This document shows positions 57,785-64,000 of a stretch of DNA of 64,000 bases, one piece after another. How positions within the stretch are numbered: position 1 is the stretch's first letter; each line of letters starts with the position of its first letter. The translations under genes and the position numbers were made by a program. The notes beneath the pieces were generated by a model. The model did no database searches. It was not told the origin of the DNA and saw only the letters and a list, made by a program, of their open reading frames with translations. Where the stretch lies: the NCBI GenBank assembly GCA_947625225.1, contig CANQNQ010000002.1, forward strand, positions 37,397 to 101,396. The letters run 5' to 3'. The stretch comes from an uncultured Clostridia bacterium. GTDB taxonomy: Bacteria; Bacillota; Clostridia; Christensenellales; CAG-917.

Positions 57785-59575
57785 GTGGAAAAAACCGTTG
57801 CTATCGAGCTTAAAGGCATCACCAAAACCTTTGGTGAGGTGGTCGCCAATAAGGATGTAAATCTCGACGTGTACAGGGGCGAGGTTCTTTCAATTTTGGG
57901 GGAAAACGGAAGCGGCAAGACTACGCTTATGAATATGATTGCCGGCATTTATTTCCCCGACGAGGGTCAGATTTTTATTGACGGCAAAGAGGTTGTCATC
58001 AAATCGCCCAAGGACGCATTTGCTCATAAAATCGGCATGATACACCAGCACTTCAAACTGGTGGACGTGTTCAGCGCGGCAGACAATATAATCTTGGGTG
58101 AAAAGGCGCCTCGTTTTGATATGCGCGCGGAAGTTCAGCGCGTGAAAGACGAGTATGCCGAGGAAAACAAGCGTTTTGAGGAGTATGACGAAAGCGAGCA
58201 TCCCGGCGCGCTTGCCTACCTACAAAAGCCAAAGTATCACAGCAACGCTCAGCTAAACCTCAAGCTGATGAGTCTGCCCTTTGAGGAGATAGGCAGAAAA
58301 ATCAAATTCAATTGGCTCAGCCGCAATCGCGTCAAGGCGGTGCAGAGCATAGCCAACAGATTTGGATTTCAGATAGACCTTAAAAAGAAAATTTACGATA
58401 TGTCTGTCAGTGAAAAGCAGACTGTCGAGATAATAAAAGTGCTGTATCGCGGCGCGGATATCCTCATCCTTGACGAACCCACCGCGGTGCTGACCCCGCA
58501 GGAGATAGAAAAGCTGTTTGACGTCATCCGCAATATGCGCGACAGCGGCAAGTCCATAATCATCATCACGCACAAGCTCAACGAGGTTATGGAGATCTCG
58601 GACAGGGTGGCGGTGCTCAGAAAGGGCGAACATATCGCCACCGTCAACACTGCGGAAACCAACGAGCAGGAGCTCACCGAGATGATGGTGGGCAAAAAGG
58701 TGTCCCTCAACATAGACCGCACCCTGCCGCACGACGTGGTGGACAGACTTATTGTAAAAAACCTCACCGCCGTGGACCACGAGGGCGTAAAGGTGCTCAA
58801 CAACATCAGCTTCGAGGCGCGTTCGGGCGAGATATTGGGTATCGCGGGCATAGCGGGCAGCGGCCAGAGGCAATTGCTGGAAGCTATCGCAGGTCTTTAC
58901 AAGGTCAACGAGGGCGAAATAAGTTATATAGACCCATTCAACAACAATGAAAAAGTGGATCTGCGATCTAAGACTCCCGTGCAGATAAGAGAATTGGGAG
59001 TCAGGTTGTCATTTGTGCCCGAGGACAGGCTCGGCATGGGACTTGTAGGCAACATGGACCTTGTGGACAACATGATGCTGCGCAGCTATCGCAAGGGCAA
59101 ATCTATATTCCTTGACAGAAAGGCGCCCAAGATACTTGCGGACAAGATAGTTGAGGAATTGGAAGTGGTCACACCCAGCACTCACACCGCGGTCAGAAAG
59201 CTGTCGGGCGGCAATGTGCAAAAGGTGCTGGTCGGCAGAGAGATCGCCGCTTCGCCCACCGTGCTGATGGCGGCGTATCCCGTCAGAGGCCTTGACATCA
59301 ACTCGTCGTATACGATCTATAATTTGCTCAACGAGCAAAAGGAAAAGGGCGTCGCGGTCATCTTCGTAGGCGAAGATCTGGACGTGCTCATAGAACTTTG
59401 CGACCGCATATTGGTCATCTGCGCGGGACAGGTCACCGGCATTGTGGAGGGCAGACGCGCCATCAAGGAACAGCTCGGCTTGTTGATGACAAAGACCGAT
59501 GTTGATGAAAATCAAATTTCCATTGACGAGCTGACAATAAAGCAGGAAACCGAACAAGGAGGGGAGGAGCAATGA
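57785..59575 (+). CDS. Nucleoside/sugar ABC transporter ATPase (tandem ABC domains)
   Basis: 'GENGSGKTT', 'HQHF', 'LILDEPTAVL', 'VPEDR' and 'LSGGNVQK'; GTG start with GGAGG RBS. Confidence 0.93.
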   Translation: MEKTVAIELKGITKTFGEVVANKDVNLDVYRGEVLSILGENGSGKTTLMNMIAGIYFPDEGQIFIDGKEVVIKSPKDAFAHKIGMIHQHFKLVDVFSAADNIILGEKAPRFDMRAEVQRVKDEYAEENKRFEEYDESEHPGALAYLQKPKYHSNAQLNLKLMSLPFEEIGRKIKFNWLSRNRVKAVQSIANRFGFQIDLKKKIYDMSVSEKQTVEIIKVLYRGADILILDEPTAVLTPQEIEKLFDVIRNMRDSGKSIIIITHKLNEVMEISDRVAVLRKGEHIATVNTAETNEQELTEMMVGKKVSLNIDRTLPHDVVDRLIVKNLTAVDHEGVKVLNNISFEARSGEILGIAGIAGSGQRQLLEAIAGLYKVNEGEISYIDPFNNNEKVDLRSKTPVQIRELGVRLSFVPEDRLGMGLVGNMDLVDNMMLRSYRKGKSIFLDRKAPKILADKIVEELEVVTPSTHTAVRKLSGGNVQKVLVGREIAASPTVLMAAYPVRGLDINSSYTIYNLLNEQKEKGVAVIFVGEDLDVLIELCDRILVICAGQVTGIVEGRRAIKEQLGLLMTKTDVDENQISIDELTIKQETEQGGEEQ

Positions 59576-60819
59576 AATCTGTGACAGGTAAGCCCAGCAA
59601 ATTCGACGCCTTTGTCGATAAGCTCAAAAAAGAATCCCCGATACATATTGCAAAGCGTATGGACGCGCCCAAATGGCTGCCTTGGGTGGTCAGGGTTTCA
59701 GCTGTGATTGTTGCAATCTTTGTTTGCGCCATTGTTTGCGTTGGTGAAGGCGGGTCTTTTGGCGGTTTCTTTACGGAACTGTTCAGAGCTTCATTTTCTA
59801 CGGGAAGAAGGGTTGTCAATTTGTTGCAGGAAATTGCAATTTTGTTGTTGATTGCGCTTGCGGTGACTCCCGCCTTCAAAATGAAGTTCTGGAATATCGG
59901 CGCTGAAGGGCAAGTGCTCATGGGCGCGCTGATGAGTGTTGTATGTATCAAATATCTTGGGACATATGTCACTAACGGCTCAATGAGCGACGGCGGTTTG
60001 ATATTTATATGCCTCATCGCTGCAATAGTTGGCGGCGCTGGTTGGGCGGTAATCCCCGCGATATTCAAGGCAAAGTGGAACACAAACGAAACGCTGTTTA
60101 CACTGATGATGAACTATATTGCAACAGGTATTGTTGCGTTTTCAATCGTAGCTTGGGTCCCCGCAGGTTCATTTACCCTTGGCATTTTGCCGCAAGGACA
60201 TTTGCCAAATGTAGGCGGATATCCATATATTATAAATATAATTGTAGTTGCAATTTTAGTTGTGCTTGTGTGGGTTTATCTCAGATTTTCAAAACATGGC
60301 TATGAAATATCCGTTGTGGGTGAATCGGTAAATACCGCAAGATATATCGGAGTTAGCGTGCCCAAAGTCATCATCCGTACGATGTTGCTTTCGGGCATGC
60401 TGTGCGGCGTGGCAGGATGGCTGCTTGTCAACGGCGCAAGTTTCTCCATAACCACAGAAACCGTAGGCGGCAGAGGTTTTACGGCGATTCTGGTAAGTTG
60501 GCTGGGACAGTTTAATCCATTCGCTATGGTTGTAGTAGCTTTCCTTGTCGCATTCCTCACCAAGGGCGGCTCACAGCTTGCGTCGACCTATAATTTTGGC
60601 GGTTCTTTCCCTAAAATTATGACGGGCATTTTCTTCTTCATTTTCATTGCTTGCGAGTTTTTTGTAAATTATAAATTGAAATTCAATTTTGAGCATTTGA
60701 GAAAAGAAAAGAACCAAAATGAATGCGTAGCAGACGATGTAATCGATGTTCAAGCTGAAGATGATAATAAAAACAATGATGCGACCGAATCGAATATGGA
60801 TGAGGAGGTGACTGACTGA
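59572..60819 (+). CDS. Nucleoside ABC transporter permease 1
   Basis: 'WNIGAEGQ', 'NETLFTLMMNYIA' and 'GFTAILVSWLG..NP'. Confidence 0.9.
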   Translation: MKSVTGKPSKFDAFVDKLKKESPIHIAKRMDAPKWLPWVVRVSAVIVAIFVCAIVCVGEGGSFGGFFTELFRASFSTGRRVVNLLQEIAILLLIALAVTPAFKMKFWNIGAEGQVLMGALMSVVCIKYLGTYVTNGSMSDGGLIFICLIAAIVGGAGWAVIPAIFKAKWNTNETLFTLMMNYIATGIVAFSIVAWVPAGSFTLGILPQGHLPNVGGYPYIINIIVVAILVVLVWVYLRFSKHGYEISVVGESVNTARYIGVSVPKVIIRTMLLSGMLCGVAGWLLVNGASFSITTETVGGRGFTAILVSWLGQFNPFAMVVVAFLVAFLTKGGSQLASTYNFGGSFPKIMTGIFFFIFIACEFFVNYKLKFNFEHLRKEKNQNECVADDVIDVQAEDDNKNNDATESNMDEEVTD

Positions 60820-61766
60820 TGTGGATTTTTTTGAGAAAAGCTGTTAGATTAAGCGCCATATATTTATATGGTGCAACCGGTGAAATCCTCACCGAAAAAT
60901 CAGGTCACCTCAACCTTGGAACACCCGGTATTATGTGTATGGGTGCAATAGGCGGATGCTTAGGTGTACGTGCCTATGTGGGGACGTTGAGTTCGCTTGC
61001 TCAGATGAATGGTTTTGCCGTCGTCTTGATAGGCATAATATGCGCATTCTTGTTTGGTATGCTTGGCGGACTTATATACAGTTTCCTCACAGTCACGCTG
61101 CGTTGCAATCAAAACGTTACCGGTCTTACGCTTACAACATTCGGCGCAGGGCTCATGAGCTTTGTGCTAAGCAGTATAGACCAAACAGGATTCAGCGAAG
61201 CAAGCGAATATTTTAGAATGGGATTTGTGAATGGTCAGGATCTCGATTGGTTCAGTACGCTGTTCCTCAATTACGGCACGCTTGTTTATTTGGCGATAGC
61301 AATTGCAATTATTGCGGCTATAGTGCTTAAAAAGACGCGTACAGGTCTAAATTTGCGCGCTGTGGGCGAAAATCCCGCCACCGCGGACGCCGCAGGTATA
61401 AGCGTAGGAAAATACAGATATTTTGCTACATTGACGGGCGCGGGGATAGCAGGACTTGGTGGTCTATGTTACATCATGGACTCTCTTCTCGGCACAATCG
61501 ACTATGAGGTTGAGGCATTCGGTTGGATAGCAGTCGCTCTTGTTATATTCTCGATATGGAAACCCGATTTGGCAATTGTAGGTTCATTGTTGTTTGGTAT
61601 TCTTCTTAATGCTGCAGATGCCATGCAGATTCTAAACAAGGGGCTTATCAAAACTTTGCCTTATGTTGTTACAGTAATTGTGCTTGTTATCACGAGTATA
61701 ATCAACAAGAGAGAAACGCAGCCGCCGGCGGCGCTGGGTACGTCGTATTTCAGAGAGGAGCGATAG
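60819..61766 (+). CDS. Nucleoside ABC transporter permease 2
   Basis: 'GEILTEKSGHLNLG', 'NQNVTG', 'LRAVGENP..ADAAGI', 'GWIAVALVIF' and 'LPYVVT'. Confidence 0.9.
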   Translation: MWIFLRKAVRLSAIYLYGATGEILTEKSGHLNLGTPGIMCMGAIGGCLGVRAYVGTLSSLAQMNGFAVVLIGIICAFLFGMLGGLIYSFLTVTLRCNQNVTGLTLTTFGAGLMSFVLSSIDQTGFSEASEYFRMGFVNGQDLDWFSTLFLNYGTLVYLAIAIAIIAAIVLKKTRTGLNLRAVGENPATADAAGISVGKYRYFATLTGAGIAGLGGLCYIMDSLLGTIDYEVEAFGWIAVALVIFSIWKPDLAIVGSLLFGILLNAADAMQILNKGLIKTLPYVVTVIVLVITSIINKRETQPPAALGTSYFREER

Positions 61767-61778
61767 CGCATTTTGAAC

Positions 61779-61818
61779 AAAAAAAACGGCGCGGCGAGTA
61801 TATCGTCGCGCCGTTTTT
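61779..61818. terminator. Bidirectional terminator ABC operon / DnaD gene
   Basis: A-run-CGGCGCGGCGA...TCGTCGCGCCG-T-run. Confidence 0.75.
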
Positions 61819-61914
61819 GCATATTTACAAAATCGGCGTTATTTTGCGCATGCGCGGGTTGAATGTCGCGTTGTGCATGCGTAAAGTCGAAGTTTTGCGC
61901 TCAGAGGGGAGCGG

Positions 61915-63519
61915 TCAGCGGAGGTCGTCCTCCGAGTAGCCGTGCTTTGCCAGCTGCGCCACGTACGCGTCGTGCGCCGCCTTCACCGCCTCGTCGTCGG
62001 GGGAGTCGTTCATGCCCGCGACAAAGCTGGCTTTGATGTACGCCTCGTGCGCGGAGGCGATCTCGGGTATGGCAAACGCCGCCGCTATACGCGCCTCTGC
62101 CGCCTGTTTTTGGGCGTCCGCCTGCTTGCGCTTTTCGGCTTGTTGCGCCGCTGCCGCTTGCTGCGCCTCCGTGAGCTGTACGGCGTTGGGCGTCACCTTC
62201 AGCGCGCCCACCACCGTGGTTATGCCGTTTTTGCGGTACTCCGACAGCAGCCTGTTGATGTAGGGCGTGGCGTACGTTTTGTCCACCGCCTGCGCCGCCG
62301 CAAACAGTATAAGCTCATCGTCAAAGCCCCAATCCGCCGTCCAGGTGCGGTATATCTCCCTGTCCGCCGCCGTCACGCTGCGCGAACGTCCGCTGCGCTC
62401 GATGATGGCGCGGATCCTGGCGTCCTGCTCGGATTGCAGGCGCAGATATTCGTCTATGCTGGACGCCGTAAGCAGACCCTGCGCGTAAAACTTGCCCACC
62501 GCCGCGTTCATGCCGTCCAGCGTGCGGATGTTGCTGACAAAACAGTGATGAGCTATCTTTTTCAGCGCCTCGTCGCTGAAACCTTTCGCCGTCCAGGGCG
62601 CGATGTATATCTCTATCTCGTGGTCGAAGGACTCGTAGTAGACGCCAAGGTTTTTGTTGACCGCTATAGCCAGCGCTTTCAGCTGCTCGCGACGCGCCTG
62701 CCAATCCGCCATCTCCTCGGCGGTGAAGATGGACAGCCGATAAAATTCGTCCAGACGCGCGTCCAGCTTGCCTATGCTCTTGCCGCCCTTGAGCGTCTTT
62801 GCCGCCGCAAGTATGGCGTCAAGCTGATAGCCCCAGCTGCGCGTCCACTTCTGCAGCATCTGCTTGTCCTCAAGCTCCGCGCCGCCCTTGCGGTTAAGCG
62901 CCGCCAGCACCTGGCGCATATCGTCGGATTGTTGGTCGTATTCGTTGAGCTTGTCCTCGACGTCCTTGGCGGTGCGCACGCCGTCCGCCACCCAGTTGCG
63001 CGCCACCGTCAGTATGTAAGGGTAGCGCACGCTCATGCCCTTGAGGTTGATGCAGTATTGCACGATCATCAGCATGGCGTCCTGTTCAAGCTTGCTCTCG
63101 TCAAGGAACATGTAGTACTCGTTGTATTCGTTGGGCGTGATCATGCGCTCCGGAAAGAGCTGCTGAAGCTGTACGTTGAAATCGTTCCATTTTTCGCCGC
63201 GGTACTTTTTGGGCGGCTGATTGGCCTTTTTGAGGCTGAGATAGCTGACCTCCAGCGGCTCGCGCGAAAGTATGCGCACCAGCCCCATGTCCTCAAAATA
63301 GGAGTAGACGGACAGGATCTCGCCCTCCGTCATGTCAAGGCGCGCGCAGAGTGCGTCAAGGCTGTTGTCCTCGGCGGGATTGTTGCACAGGTACAGCCCG
63401 AACAGATATACCTTGATCTGCTTTTCGTCGCAGCCGGGAAGATGCTCGTTGATGAACAGATTGTCAACGAGGGTGAATGTTTCCATCAAAAAATCGCTTG
63501 AAAATTTTGCAAAGCTCAC
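61915..63519 (-). CDS. DnaD/DnaB_2 domain replication protein
   Basis: 'VDNLFINEHLP....IKVYLFGL'; DnaD motifs 'YPYILTVARNWVADGVRT' and 'YINRLLSEYRKNGITT'; GTG start with AAGGAG RBS. Confidence 0.85.
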   Translation of the reverse strand: MSFAKFSSDFLMETFTLVDNLFINEHLPGCDEKQIKVYLFGLYLCNNPAEDNSLDALCARLDMTEGEILSVYSYFEDMGLVRILSREPLEVSYLSLKKANQPPKKYRGEKWNDFNVQLQQLFPERMITPNEYNEYYMFLDESKLEQDAMLMIVQYCINLKGMSVRYPYILTVARNWVADGVRTAKDVEDKLNEYDQQSDDMRQVLAALNRKGGAELEDKQMLQKWTRSWGYQLDAILAAAKTLKGGKSIGKLDARLDEFYRLSIFTAEEMADWQARREQLKALAIAVNKNLGVYYESFDHEIEIYIAPWTAKGFSDEALKKIAHHCFVSNIRTLDGMNAAVGKFYAQGLLTASSIDEYLRLQSEQDARIRAIIERSGRSRSVTAADREIYRTWTADWGFDDELILFAAAQAVDKTYATPYINRLLSEYRKNGITTVVGALKVTPNAVQLTEAQQAAAAQQAEKRKQADAQKQAAEARIAAAFAIPEIASAHEAYIKASFVAGMNDSPDDEAVKAAHDAYVAQLAKHGYSEDDLR

Positions 63520-63952
63520 GCCGTACTCCTTTTGCCCCAAACGCGCGCACATATGTGTTTGAGCGATGTTGGGGAACAACAGCATACCACACCTTTCCGC
63601 CGCGGGCAAATCTTGACGGCAAAATTTTTGTCAGATACTACATTTGGTATCTGCCGCCGCTTCGCGCTCATATTGTCAAGCGCCGTTGCACATTCCAAAT
63701 TGTGCATTCGGTGGGCGAACAGAATGGTGAAGAGATATTCTCTTGCAAAATGCCTCCGCTTGCGCCATTGACGTTTTTTTTAACAAACGCCCCCTCGACG
63801 TATTGACCATAGACAGCCGCGCTCATATTACGCCCTTGTAGCAAACCGTACCGGAGAAGTCTACTTAAAGCGAATTGTGCCTTTCAAGCGCGTTGACTTT
63901 GCGCGCGGCATATGCTATCATAACCGTTGGCAGTCTGCCGCGAGGTGAAAGA

Positions 63953-64000
63953 ATGAAAATCTGGGCAAAATTGATGAAGGGCGACAAGATGTTGAAGGAC
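63953..64000 (+). CDS. Start of a hypothetical protein (MKIWAKLMKGDKMLKD...), truncated by the window end
   Basis: GAGGTG RBS and ATG at 63953. Confidence 0.55.
   Translation, partial: MKIWAKLMKGDKMLKD

Noticed and set aside
61942-63501. 519-aa + strand ORF antisense to the DnaD-domain gene
   Set aside because: Same antisense-frame artefact; the minus-strand protein has clear DnaD motifs and an RBS
63520-63950. Possible replication origin upstream of the DnaD-domain gene
   Set aside because: No cluster of TTATCCACA DnaA boxes or AT-rich unwinding element seen

Overview
Chromosomal window of a GC-moderate anaerobic Bacillota (Clostridia; gene content and the many 'LxACN' lipoproteins suggest an uncultured gut Christensenellales-like lineage, which is an inference). 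It holds about 45 mostly housekeeping or metabolic genes: uraA-upp, SCIFF scfA/scfB, ybaK, rex, glyQS, coaX-malQ-PPTase-acpP, clc, a WYL regulator, typA, sdaA, hup, xpt with a BMP/nucleoside ABC transporter, and a DnaD-domain gene. Accessory genes encode a 1.5-kaa InlB-repeat lipoprotein, an SPFH + Zn-ribbon/TIR/TPR membrane-protein pair, a Sel1 protein, and a two-component system next to a BspA-type LRR lipoprotein. I saw no rRNA, tRNA, CRISPR array, transposase or prophage. The strongest unexplained signal is a non-palindromic DNA motif (AAAACTCAATACAGGT(T/G)GCAATTTT) found about 13 times, 1-3 kb apart, only between about 6.7 and 25.2 kb. It occurs on both strands, between genes and inside genes in different reading frames, which fits a locus-restricted protein-binding array. 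Other notable items: a leader-peptide/terminator attenuator before uraA, several families of structured intergenic repeats with covarying stems, a C10 tract in a histidine kinase, and small ORFs missed by the ORF track. All calls come from reading the sequence by eye; no searches were run.
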